DNA of 64,000 nt, taken from an uncultured Methylomirabilota bacterium. Its GTDB lineage: Bacteria > Methylomirabilota > Methylomirabilia > Methylomirabilales > 2-02-FULL-66-22. The translations under genes were made by a program, and so were the position numbers. The notes beneath the pieces were generated by a model. The model worked only from the letters and a program-made list of their open reading frames with translations. It searched no databases and was not told the DNA's origin. This document shows positions 38,974 through 48,356 of the stretch, piece after piece. Position 1 is the stretch's first letter; every line of letters begins with the position of its first letter. Where the stretch lies: contig OY970067.1 in NCBI GenBank assembly GCA_963705305.1, forward strand, positions 5,312,001-5,376,000, given 5' to 3'.

Positions 38974-41172
38974 TCATTCCGATGGGGCGGGAACCACGCC
39001 TCCCATCGGCCGGAGGTCATAGAGCTGCGAGTTGTTCTCCCTGGCGCCGAAGCCGCGGCCGAACGGCCTGCCGGGCGCAGTCGGGTCCGGGGGGAGGGCC
39101 GCCCGGTTGGGGGCGCCGGCGTCGACCACCGGAGGGCTCGAGCGCCACAGCGACGGATCCACGAGCGTGCCGTTTGCACGGACCCACTCCACAACGGGTC
39201 TTGCCAGCGCCCCGGCGGCCGGCCGTTGACCGAAACGGGAGACGTTGGGCACCATCACGAACCGGACTTGCCTGTCCTCGACCATCCGGGCCAGCCGTTC
39301 CGGGGTGAGAATCGGGTCCGTCCCCATGAAGCCGCCCATCGCCATGACCGCCTGGCCGGTCTGGGTGATGATCGGCGCCGCCAGCTGGGCATTCACGGCC
39401 GCCAGCAGGTAGCGCTCGCCGTGGCGGTTGGCCTCCAGGAAGCCCACCAGTTTCCGGGTGGTCGCGAGCGCCCCGAATCCATTCCGAGGAGCCATGCCGA
39501 AAGTGTCGCCCCCCGCCGCCGGCGGGGACAGGTCGGCCGACAGGCGCATGGCACTGGCCGGGGCGAGCGCGCTGGTCATCGCCCACGCCGCGGGGGTGAT
39601 GAAGAGTGCCGCCAGTCCCATCCCCAGCGCGCCGGCAGCGAGGTCGCGTGCCGGCCGGCCCAGCGATCCGCGGAGAGGTGGGGCGAGCAGTCCCGCCACA
39701 GCCACCAGGGTTCCGACGACGAGCGCAAGGTAGAGCCAGGTCCGCCAGTCGCCCGAATGGCCTCTCGCGGCGCTCAAGACGGCCGCCAGGCGACTGCGCG
39801 ATGCGTCGAGTTTCCAGCCCAGCGCGTCGGATTCAATGTAGGCCTCCCACGCAGCCGTCAGGAGCAGCGCGGCGGGAAGCACGAGGGCGCGCCAGCCCCT
39901 CCGGAGGTACCAGGCCCACAGGCTCGCCACGCCGATGCCGGCGAGCGCCGCGAGCGGCGGCGCCATGGTGGCCAGATAGTAGGCGCGAAAGATCCCGCCG
40001 GCGCAGCTATAGACGATGCCGTACGTGAGAAGCCAGCCCACCCACAGGAGCAGGTCCGCGTGTTCCTGGGCGAGCGGCCGGCGCCAGCCCACCCGGAGGG
40101 CGGCAATCCCCGCCCCGATCATCGCCAGCGGAAAGAGCCATCCCACCTGACCGGCCAGATGGCGGTCGGCGAGCCGGAGCGGCCCCGCGGGGACGCGATC
40201 TCCGAAACCCGGCCCCCCACGGCGGGGTCCTGGCCCCGCCGGAGACCCGGCACCGACACCTGGTCGGGTTCCGGCCGTTGCTGCCGGCGCGCCTCCCGGA
40301 GCGACTCCGGCGGCCCGGAGCGCTCTCCAGCGGGGGACGAATCGCTCGATGCCGTTATGGTCCACCGCCAGCTCGAGCATCGAGTTCGTCTTGCTGCTCC
40401 CGGCGAACGGTCGCCGGTCCGGCGGGGTCATGTCGTAGGGAAGCACCCACGACAAGGAGGCCACCGCCACGACAACAGCGGCCAGGGACAGGTCCATGAA
40501 CCGGCGCCGCCCTCCTCCCGGCGCGCCCAGGAAGTACACGAGGGCGAACGTCGGCAGGACGACGAAGGCAGCCAGCATCTTGACGTTGAATCCGATACCG
40601 ACCAGGGCCATGGACAAGAGCAGAAGGCCGCGGCTCCCGTCCTCGACCGCCCGCATCAGGGCCCAGGCCGCCAGCAGGAGGACCAGAACGAGGCAGCTAT
40701 CGGTGTTGTTGGAGCGGTCGATTACGACGCTCACCGGCGTGATGGCAAGGCAGAGGGCCGCGAGCCGGGCGGCGGAGGCCCCAAACCGGCGCCGGACCAG
40801 GTGGTAGACCAGCCACACCGCGGCCACGCCCTCCACGACCTGAGGCAGGAGTACGCTGAGCCCGTGGAAGCCGAAGAGTTTGGCGCTGGCAACCTGAACC
40901 CACAACGCCCCTGGGGGTTTGTCCACCGACACGAACCCGGCCGGATCGAAGGAGTTGTACAGGAAGTTGTGCCAGCTGCCCGTCATGCTCCGGACGCCAG
41001 CGGCATAATAGGCGAGACCATATCCGTTCTGCTCCAGCCGCCATAGCCGGAGTGCGGCGGCCAGCAGAACGATCCCCCCCAGCACGAGCCGGTCCCCGAA
41101 TCGCCGCCACGACGATGCGAGCACCCGGCCGACCTCCTGCTGTCCATTACTGGCCCCAGGCCTCGTTCCCAT
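38974..41172 (-). CDS. GT-C fold membrane glycosyltransferase (ArnT/PMT-like, YkcB-type)
   Basis: YYAAGVRSM, DPAGFVSVDKPP, RSNNTD, GFNVKML, RAYY, MAMGGF; many TM segments. Confidence 0.9.
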   Translation of the reverse strand: MGTRPGASNGQQEVGRVLASSWRRFGDRLVLGGIVLLAAALRLWRLEQNGYGLAYYAAGVRSMTGSWHNFLYNSFDPAGFVSVDKPPGALWVQVASAKLFGFHGLSVLLPQVVEGVAAVWLVYHLVRRRFGASAARLAALCLAITPVSVVIDRSNNTDSCLVLVLLLAAWALMRAVEDGSRGLLLLSMALVGIGFNVKMLAAFVVLPTFALVYFLGAPGGGRRRFMDLSLAAVVVAVASLSWVLPYDMTPPDRRPFAGSSKTNSMLELAVDHNGIERFVPRWRALRAAGVAPGGAPAATAGTRPGVGAGSPAGPGPRRGGPGFGDRVPAGPLRLADRHLAGQVGWLFPLAMIGAGIAALRVGWRRPLAQEHADLLLWVGWLLTYGIVYSCAGGIFRAYYLATMAPPLAALAGIGVASLWAWYLRRGWRALVLPAALLLTAAWEAYIESDALGWKLDASRSRLAAVLSAARGHSGDWRTWLYLALVVGTLVAVAGLLAPPLRGSLGRPARDLAAGALGMGLAALFITPAAWAMTSALAPASAMRLSADLSPPAAGGDTFGMAPRNGFGALATTRKLVGFLEANRHGERYLLAAVNAQLAAPIITQTGQAVMAMGGFMGTDPILTPERLARMVEDRQVRFVMVPNVSRFGQRPAAGALARPVVEWVRANGTLVDPSLWRSSPPVVDAGAPNRAALPPDPTAPGRPFGRGFGARENNSQLYDLRPMGGVVPAPSE

Positions 41173-41560
41173 GCCCCGCCCTCGGGCGATCTACGTCTTG
41201 ACGTTGATCCCTGTTGGCCGGCACATGCCCTTGCCGCAGTCCACTCTCTCCTGCTGACCGCGCCGCGATCTGGGCTGGGGGCGTCTTACCCGCTTGGCCG
41301 GATTGGCTTCAAGACAACGGTGGATGCGTTCCCGAAGCGTATTCCCTGGACAGTCTGCGCGCCTCCGTCGGCAGCCCTGCCGGCCGCCCACCCGAGGCCC
41401 ACACGCGTACGAGGGGCTGTCGGATAGATCCCACCCGTCCTCGGCCGGCCAGGCTCACCATCCGAGGGGCTCCCCGGCCCCCGACGCCCCGAGTTCATTG
41501 AAGGGCGCCGGGAGCAGGGGGCAGTTTCCGCACGAATCCCCAGCGGCTTCCCAGGCCGCG

Positions 41561-42202
41561 CTACTGCGATGGAGGCGGCGGGGTTCCCGGCGGCGGCACC
41601 GAGTAGCCCGTGGGCGGTGGGGGTGGCGTCCCAGGAGGCGGCACGGAATAACCCGGAGGCGGTGGGGGTGGCGTCATCCCTGGAGACGGCGCCGAATAGC
41701 CCGGCGGTGGTGGGGGAAGCGGCGCCGGGGTCGGATAGTAGCGCGGCTGAGTCCGTACCACTCCGGGGACCTGATTTCCCTTGGCATACATGCACTGCTC
41801 GTAGGCCATGTCGTAGCGGCGCTGCGCCTCCGCGGCGTTCATCTGATCGGCATTGGCGCCGACGGCTGAGCCGCCCAGCAGGCCCGTGGCGGCCCCGATC
41901 GCCGCCCCTGTGCCCGCATGGCCGGCGAGTGCGCCGAGTCCCGCGCCGAGCCCCGCGCCCACGGCGGTGCCCACGACGGCACCGACCGCGGTGTTCTGCG
42001 CCGCAGTCGGGCCGCCAGGTGCCCCCACTTGCTGGGCTGCCCACTGGCGACAGGAGGCATCCTCGGCCTGGAACTGCTCGAAGGACTTCCCTTGGGCGGG
42101 CAGCGCCATCACGCTTGGACCCGTCGGCATCGTGGCGCAGCCGCCGATGGCCACCGCGATGCCCCCAAATAGCACGACCCAGTGTCTTCGCATCGTCCGC
42201 AT
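41561..42202 (-). CDS. Glycine-zipper lipoprotein with a Pro-rich repeat tail
   Basis: Lipobox-like IGGC; GKSFEQFQAEDASC; Gly-zipper (GAVVGTAVGAGLGAGLG); QRRYDMAYEQCMYAKGNQVP. Confidence 0.85.
   Translation of the reverse strand: MRTMRRHWVVLFGGIAVAIGGCATMPTGPSVMALPAQGKSFEQFQAEDASCRQWAAQQVGAPGGPTAAQNTAVGAVVGTAVGAGLGAGLGALAGHAGTGAAIGAATGLLGGSAVGANADQMNAAEAQRRYDMAYEQCMYAKGNQVPGVVRTQPRYYPTPAPLPPPPPGYSAPSPGMTPPPPPPGYSVPPPGTPPPPPTGYSVPPPGTPPPPSQ
41570..41715 (-). repeat. Three ~45-bp intragenic tandem repeats encoding PPPPPGYS(A/V)PxPGxT
   Basis: Translation PPPPPGYSAPSPGMT / PPPPPPGYSVPPPGT / PPPPPTGYSVPPPGT. Confidence 0.8.
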
Positions 42203-42221
42203 CACGCAGTCTCCTTTATCG

Positions 42222-42575
42222 CTACCGTGCCGGCGGGGCGGTTGGCGGGACGACCTGCATCCAGCCGCCCGGACATTGCTGGACGTACGGGTAGTACCCT
42301 TGCGGGTTCTGGCAGTAATACCAATACACCGGCGCCTGCGGCGGCGGCGCCGGCTGCTCATAAACAGGAGGTTGCTGGACAACCACGGGAGGCGACGGAT
42401 AGGTGTAATACGGGGGGGCCCAGTACGGGCCGGGGCCCCAGTACCCGGGGCCCACCCAGAGGGGGACATCGAAGTTAAAGAAGACTCGCCCGCGCGCCTC
42501 GCTGGGAACGGGACTGGCAAGCAGAAAGACCAACGCCACGACAATCAATGCGCCGCAGACAAGCATCTTCCGCAT
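42222..42575 (-). CDS. Secreted Pro/Tyr-rich hypothetical protein
   Basis: Signal peptide; GPGYW repeats; YWYYCQNPQGYYPYVQQCPGGWMQV motif; GGAGG RBS. Confidence 0.8.
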   Translation of the reverse strand: MRKMLVCGALIVVALVFLLASPVPSEARGRVFFNFDVPLWVGPGYWGPGPYWAPPYYTYPSPPVVVQQPPVYEQPAPPPQAPVYWYYCQNPQGYYPYVQQCPGGWMQVVPPTAPPAR

Positions 42576-42845
42576 CTCAGCACCTCCATGCACGTTTCCC
42601 GGACTCGACTCCCACTCTCCGAGGCCTGGCCCGCCGGCAAGGCGCCCTCAGGCCCCACCATACCTGAAATAGATTCCTGTTTCCCCGACGTCTTGAATCG
42701 GGTATAGATAGTCTTGCAACGGGTGCTTTCGATTTCGCCCTCTCATTTGGCGGCATACTGATGTCTATAGCATGTTACGGCCGGGCGCACCACAATGTTT
42801 CATCGTGCACCGAATCCCTGTCGCCTCATAGGGCTGGCCTGGAAG

Positions 42846-42861
42846 TGGCATCCCCGTTGCG
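42846..42861 (+). promoter_or_regulatory. Putative sigma54 (-24/-12) promoter
   Basis: TGGCATCCCCGTTGCG = TGGCAY-N5-TTGC with exact GG-N10-GC spacing, oriented toward the exporter operon. Confidence 0.45.
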
Positions 42862-43230
42862 AGGGCCCCGTCGGGCCCGGCTTGCCCTCACGGCCCTGGT
42901 AAAAGGAGATTATTCCAGTAGTCGTTAAATTATTGAAACAATTGCTGCCCGCGGCCGGTAGGTCCTATTATGTACGGCAATTAGGCGGCTGATAATTCCC
43001 TTCTTCGGCGTTTCGATACCTGGAAGATGGAGTTCGATTGCGCGGGGTCTCCCTTAAGACCCCCGGTGGTTACCCGGCCTCGGGGCTATTATTTGTCCAC
43101 AACCCGGAGGATTGCACTCGGCTGTGGCTCCATCGGAGGAGCTTCTCCGGGGATGTCTGTGTTCTGGCGGAGAGGATGAGGGGGTTGGTCTGAAAATCGT
43201 GGCCGCACACAATGGGGCGGAGAGCGAATA

Positions 43231-44661
43231 ATGCGACGAGTGCTTAAGGTCCTGATCCTGGGAGTGCTTGGCCTGGCCGTGCTCGCCGGGGGCGCCTTGT
43301 GGTGGGAGCGGGACGCACGGGAGCCCCGGGTGACCTTCCGCACGGTCCCGCTCACCCGCGGGGACCTGGTTGCCGCGATCAATGCCACGGGGACGGTCGA
43401 GCCGGAGGAGGTCGTGGACATCGGGGCCCAGGTCTCCGGGTTTATCCAGTCCTTCGGCACGGACAAGAACGGGAAACCGATCGACTACGGATCGGTCGTC
43501 GGGGTCGGGACGATGCTGGCCAAAATTGACCCCACCCTCTATGCGGCCACTGTCGAGGCGGACAAGGCCCAACTGCAGCAGGCGCAGGCCAACCTGGCGA
43601 GCGCCATCGCCAACGTCCCCCAGATGAAGGCAAAGCTGGCGGAGGCCGCGGCAGACTGGGCACGTGCGCAGAAGCTCGGGCCGTCGGAGGCGCTGGCCCC
43701 GACTACCTTCGATCAGTATAAGGCCACTTACGAGGTGGCGCTGGCGAACGTGCCGATGGCCGAGGCCGCCGTCGACCAGGCCCGGGCGACCGTGGTGCAA
43801 GACCAGGCGGTCCTGGCCAAGGACCAGAAGACCCTTGACTATTGCACGATCACCTCCCCCGTCGAGGGAGTGATTGTCGACCGACGCGTGAATGTCGGGC
43901 AGACGGTGGTCTCCAGCATGAGCACACCCAGCCTGTTCCTCATCGCCAAGGACCTCAAGCGCATCCAGGTCTGGGCCTCGGTCAACGAGGCGGACGTGGG
44001 CCGCATCCACTCCGGGCAGCCCGTGGCCTTCACGGTCGATGCGTTCCCGGATCGGGTGTTCCACGGCCGGGTGGGCAAGATCCGCCTCAACGCCACCATG
44101 ACCCAGAACGTCGTGACCTATACCGTGGAGGTGAACACCGACAACAGCGACGGGACGCTGCTCCCCTACCTGACGGCCAACGCACGCTTCGAGGCCGGCC
44201 GCCGGCAGAATGTGCTCCAGGTGCCCAATGGCGCCCTGCACTGGACGCCCGCTCCGGGTCAGATCGCCCCCGAGCTGCGGCACCGGGGCGGGGGGCCAAC
44301 GGGGGCCGGTCGCGGGGAAAGCGGGAGCCCCCCGGCCGGGCACGGGACCGTCTGGGTGGAGCAGGGCCCCTTCGTCCGGCCGATTGAGGTGACCACGGGC
44401 CTGACGGACGGGGTGCAGACCGAAGTGAGCAGCCCCGAGCTCGCCGAGGGCCAGCAGGTCGTCGTCGGGGAGATGACCGCAGGGCTGGCGGGCAGCCCGG
44501 CCGCGACGGGCAGCGGGGCCAGCCCCTTTCTTCCGCAGATCCGATTCGGGCGGCGGGGACCTCAGGGTGGCCCGGGCGGTGGGCCGGGAGGACAGACCGG
44601 CACCGCACCCGGTGCGGCCGGTCCCGGGGGTCCGGGCGGCCCCCCACCCGGGCCCCGCTGA
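43231..44661 (+). CDS. Efflux periplasmic adaptor (MacA-like)
   Basis: N-terminal TM, INATGTVEP, GAQVSG, coiled-coil hairpin, ITSPVEG, VGQTV, VNEADVG. Confidence 0.93.
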   Translation: MRRVLKVLILGVLGLAVLAGGALWWERDAREPRVTFRTVPLTRGDLVAAINATGTVEPEEVVDIGAQVSGFIQSFGTDKNGKPIDYGSVVGVGTMLAKIDPTLYAATVEADKAQLQQAQANLASAIANVPQMKAKLAEAAADWARAQKLGPSEALAPTTFDQYKATYEVALANVPMAEAAVDQARATVVQDQAVLAKDQKTLDYCTITSPVEGVIVDRRVNVGQTVVSSMSTPSLFLIAKDLKRIQVWASVNEADVGRIHSGQPVAFTVDAFPDRVFHGRVGKIRLNATMTQNVVTYTVEVNTDNSDGTLLPYLTANARFEAGRRQNVLQVPNGALHWTPAPGQIAPELRHRGGGPTGAGRGESGSPPAGHGTVWVEQGPFVRPIEVTTGLTDGVQTEVSSPELAEGQQVVVGEMTAGLAGSPAATGSGASPFLPQIRFGRRGPQGGPGGGPGGQTGTAPGAAGPGGPGGPPPGPR

Positions 44662-44666
44662 CCCCC

Positions 44667-45551
44667 ATGGCGCTGATCACGTTGCGGGACATCTACAAGA
44701 CGTACTACCTCGGGGAAGTGGACGTCCCGGTGCTGAAGGGCGTTTCGCTCGAGATCAATCCGGGTGAGCTGGTGGCGCTGATGGGCGCCAGCGGTTCGGG
44801 GAAGAGTACGTTGATGAACATCCTCGGCTGCCTCGACCATCCCACGGCCGGGGAATATTGGTTCGACGGCAGCGAGATCTCCCGTCTGAGTGCGAAGCAG
44901 CGGGCCCGGCTGCGCAACCGGCGGATCGGCTTCGTGTTCCAGACCTTCAACCTCTTGCCGCGCACGAGTGCGCTGGAGAACGTGCTGATGCCGCTGACCT
45001 ATGCCAAGGAGGCCTTGAGCGAGGCGGAGATGCGGAGACGAGCAGCCGCGCTCCTGGACAAGGTGGGCCTGGCGGACCGGGGCCACCACCACCCCTCCCA
45101 GCTCTCCGGGGGGCAGCAGCAGCGCGTGGCGATCGCCCGATCTCTGATCAGTTCCCCGCAGCTTCTGCTGGCCGATGAGCCGACCGGCAACCTGGACTCG
45201 CGCACCAGCGAGGAAATCCTCCAGATGTTCCAGCACCTCAACCAGGCCGAGGGCATCACCATCGTCCTGGTGACCCACGATCCAGGGGTCGCCAGCCATG
45301 CGCACCGGACCATCCACATCAAGGATGGCCGGCTGGATGGGGGGGGGCGCCTCCGGCGCCCGGCCCGGCGGCATGAGAGCCCTGCGCACGGCGAAGACGG
45401 CCCTGCGGGCGATCCGTCGCAACGTCCTGCGCGCGGCGCTCACCATGCTCGGCATCGTCATCGGCGTGGCCGCCGTGATTGCCATGATGGAGATCGGCAA
45501 CGGCTCTTCGCTCGCCATCCAGCACACCATTGCCAGCATGGGGGCGAATAA
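44667..45551 (+). CDS. ABC transporter ATP-binding protein (MacB/LolD-like); the true stop is probably 45376 (G-run indel)
   Basis: GASGSGKST, GFVFQTFNLL, LSGGQQQRVAIAR, LADEPTGNLD, VTHD. As sequenced it overlaps the permease by ~180 bp. Confidence 0.9.
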   Translation: MALITLRDIYKTYYLGEVDVPVLKGVSLEINPGELVALMGASGSGKSTLMNILGCLDHPTAGEYWFDGSEISRLSAKQRARLRNRRIGFVFQTFNLLPRTSALENVLMPLTYAKEALSEAEMRRRAAALLDKVGLADRGHHHPSQLSGGQQQRVAIARSLISSPQLLLADEPTGNLDSRTSEEILQMFQHLNQAEGITIVLVTHDPGVASHAHRTIHIKDGRLDGGGRLRRPARRHESPAHGEDGPAGDPSQRPARGAHHARHRHRRGRRDCHDGDRQRLFARHPAHHCQHGGE

Positions 45552-46749
45552 CCTCCTGGTCATGCCGGGGACGGCGGCCAGCGGCGGGGTGACGTTCGGG
45601 GTCGGCTCCGTCATGACGCTGACCCCCGAGGACGCCGACGCCATCCTCCGGGAAGCGCCGGCGGTGGCCAGCGTGGCCCCGGTTGTCCGGGCCCGCACCC
45701 AGCTTATCTATGGTAACCAGAACTGGGTGCCGATGTACATCTACGGGACCACGCCGGCGTTCCTGGTGGTGCGCGACTGGACCGACCTGGCCGAGGGCCA
45801 GGCGTTCACGGACCGGGACGTCCGCAGCGCCAACACCGTGTGCCTGTTGGGCCGGACCGTCGTGCGGCAGCTGTTCGGGGACGCGTCTCCCATCGGGAAG
45901 GAGATCCGGGTCCAGAACGTCAACGTCAAGGTCATCGGGGTCCTGCAGCAGAAAGGCGCGAACATGATGGGGATCGATCAGGACGACATCCTCCTGACAC
46001 CCTGGACGACGATCAAGTTCCGTGTGACCGGCTCCAACCTGACGGCGGTCAACCAGAGCAGCGCAACGACCTCCAGCACCACGACCGCCCTGCCCAGCGA
46101 TCTCTACCCGACCACGAGCGCGCCGGTGGCCCTCTATTCGACCCCCTCCACCACCCAGCAGACCGACACGCCGCAGCCCATTCGTTTCATCAACGTGGAC
46201 CAGATCCTGGTGGCCGCCCGCTCCGGCAGCCAGATTCCCGCCGCGATCGGGCAGATCACCCGGATCCTGCGCGAGCGGCACCGGCTCCGCGGCGATGCGT
46301 CGGACGATTTCCAGATCCGGGACATGACCGAGATCACGCGGACCTTGACCTCGACCACGACGCTGATGACCAAGCTGCTTCTCTGCGTCGCCATGATCTC
46401 GCTGGTGGTGGGCGGGGTCGGCATCATGAACATCATGCTCGTGTCGGTCACCGAGCGGACCCGGGAGATCGGCCTCCGCATGGCCGTGGGGGCCGAGCCG
46501 GGCGACATCCTGCGTCAGTTCCTGGCCGAGGCGGTCGCGCTGTGCCTGGTCGGCGGGTCGGTCGGCATCCTGTGCGGGCGGGGCAGCTCGTACCTGGTGG
46601 CGACCCTGCTGCACTGGCCGACGGCGGCGTCTGTGGGGGCGATCATCGCGGCCGTGGTCGTCTCGGCCACCGTCGGGATCGTGTTCGGATTCTATCCTGC
46701 CTGGAAGGCATCCCGCCTCGACCCGATCGAGGCGCTGCGGTACGAATGA
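45373..46749 (+). CDS. ABC transporter permease (MacB/FtsX family)
   Basis: LTMLGIVIGVAAVI, VGGVGIMNIMLVSVTERTREIGLRMAVGA, FGFYPAWKASRLDPIEALRYE. Confidence 0.94.
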   Translation: MRALRTAKTALRAIRRNVLRAALTMLGIVIGVAAVIAMMEIGNGSSLAIQHTIASMGANNLLVMPGTAASGGVTFGVGSVMTLTPEDADAILREAPAVASVAPVVRARTQLIYGNQNWVPMYIYGTTPAFLVVRDWTDLAEGQAFTDRDVRSANTVCLLGRTVVRQLFGDASPIGKEIRVQNVNVKVIGVLQQKGANMMGIDQDDILLTPWTTIKFRVTGSNLTAVNQSSATTSSTTTALPSDLYPTTSAPVALYSTPSTTQQTDTPQPIRFINVDQILVAARSGSQIPAAIGQITRILRERHRLRGDASDDFQIRDMTEITRTLTSTTTLMTKLLLCVAMISLVVGGVGIMNIMLVSVTERTREIGLRMAVGAEPGDILRQFLAEAVALCLVGGSVGILCGRGSSYLVATLLHWPTAASVGAIIAAVVVSATVGIVFGFYPAWKASRLDPIEALRYE

Positions 46750-46756
46750 GGGGTCG

Positions 46757-48244
46757 GTGATGACAACTGGCGGAGGGCGCTGCGGACGTGTCCTGGTTGT
46801 CGGTGCCGCGCTGGCGGGGCTAGCCACCGGCTGTATGGTTGGTCCGGATTACCATCCTCCGGCGCTGACCGCGCCCGCGGCCTGGACCGGAGTGACGACG
46901 GCACCCGCCGCCCAACCGTCCGCCGTCAAAGCAGAGACCGCCGAGCTGACCCGCTGGTGGGAGCAGTTCAACGACCCGACTTTGACGGTCCTGGTCGAGG
47001 AGGCGGTCGCGGCAAACCTCGACCTTCATGTCGCCGAGGCCGCCCTCCGCCAGGCCCGCGCCGCCCGGGGGGTCGTGGCCGGGGGGCTCTGGCCGGGCGT
47101 CACCGCGTCGGCGGCGTATCAGCGCGGGCACACGGCCAACGTCAACCCGGGTAACCAAACCTCGGATCTGTACCAGTCCGACCTGGATGCCGTCTGGAAT
47201 CTGGATGTGTTCGGTGGTGTCCGCCGCAATGTCGAGTCGGCCTCCGCAAACATCCAGGTGGCCGCGGAAAATCTGCGCAACGTCCGGGTCAGCCTGGTGG
47301 CCGAAGTCGCGCTCAATTACGTGCAGCTCCGCGGCGCCCAGCAGCAGATCGTGGTCGCCACCGAGAACCTCCGCGCCCAGCAGCACACGGCCGAGATCAC
47401 CCGGCAGAAATACTCCGCGGGCTTCGTCAGCGGCCTGGACGTGGCGAACGCCGATGCCAGCGCCGCGACCACCGCCGCCCAGATCCCTGGATACGAGACG
47501 ACCGCCCGGCAGGCCATCTACACGCTGAGCGTGCTGCTGGCCCGCCCCCCGGCGGCCCTGCTGGAGCAGCTGACGCCGACCGGCCCGTTGCCGCACCCGC
47601 CGGCGGCAATTCCCGCCGGGCTCCCTTCGGACCTGCTGCGGCGCCGGCCCGACATCCGGGTGGCCGAGGCGCAACTGCACGCCGCCACGGCGCAGATCGG
47701 CGTGGCCACGGCCGCGCTCTTTCCCCAGTTTTCGCTGACGGGGTCGGTGAACTGGCAGAGCAACCTGCTGGGCAACTGGTGGAGCAACGTCAGCCGCTCG
47801 TTCGGGATCGGCCCCTCCGTGACGTGGCCCGTTTTCCAGGGCGGCGCACTTACGTCGAACATTCGCGTGCAGGAAGCCCTGCGGGATCAGGCCCTCCTCA
47901 CCTACCAAAAAACCGTGCTCGCGGCGTTCCAGGGTGTCGAGAACGCCCTGGTCGCGTTCGGCAACGAGCAGCAGCATCTCCAGACGCTGCGGGACGTGGT
48001 CGCCGCCAACCGCAAGGCGGTGGACCTCTCGATGCTGCAATACTCGGAGGGCCTAACGGAGTTCCTCAACGTCCTGGTGGCCCAGAACGCGCTCTACTCA
48101 GCCCAGGCCGCCGCGGTCCAGAGCGAGGCCGCCATTGCCACCGACCTGATCACCCTCTACCAGGCCCTCGGCGGCGGCTGGGACTTTGTCCCCGCCGGGT
48201 CCCCGGCAGCGCCCGCCGCCCCCTCACCCGGGAGCCGCGGCTAG
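46757..48244 (+). CDS. Outer-membrane efflux lipoprotein (NodT/OprM/TolC family)
   Basis: Lipobox LATGC-MVGPDY, WWEQFNDP, PSDLLRRRPDI, LYQALGGGW. Confidence 0.94.
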   Translation: MMTTGGGRCGRVLVVGAALAGLATGCMVGPDYHPPALTAPAAWTGVTTAPAAQPSAVKAETAELTRWWEQFNDPTLTVLVEEAVAANLDLHVAEAALRQARAARGVVAGGLWPGVTASAAYQRGHTANVNPGNQTSDLYQSDLDAVWNLDVFGGVRRNVESASANIQVAAENLRNVRVSLVAEVALNYVQLRGAQQQIVVATENLRAQQHTAEITRQKYSAGFVSGLDVANADASAATTAAQIPGYETTARQAIYTLSVLLARPPAALLEQLTPTGPLPHPPAAIPAGLPSDLLRRRPDIRVAEAQLHAATAQIGVATAALFPQFSLTGSVNWQSNLLGNWWSNVSRSFGIGPSVTWPVFQGGALTSNIRVQEALRDQALLTYQKTVLAAFQGVENALVAFGNEQQHLQTLRDVVAANRKAVDLSMLQYSEGLTEFLNVLVAQNALYSAQAAAVQSEAAIATDLITLYQALGGGWDFVPAGSPAAPAAPSPGSRG

Positions 48245-48312
48245 CCCCGCGGTGCGCCCCGACCCCTTTGCGTGGGACGGCTCGCCCCGGATTGGGGCCA
48301 GGGGTTGCCCTT

Positions 48313-48340
48313 TGCTCTCTGCCCTATGCCCTATGCTCCC
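48313..48340. repeat. Heptamer tandem repeat
   Basis: TGCTCTC-TGCCCTA-TGCCCTA-TGCTCCC between convergent genes. Confidence 0.55.
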
Positions 48341-48356
48341 TCCCCACACCGGCCGG

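Noticed and set aside
43092..43101. TTGTCCACA, a DnaA-box-like 9-mer
   Set aside because: Single mismatched box; no cluster or origin-associated genes.
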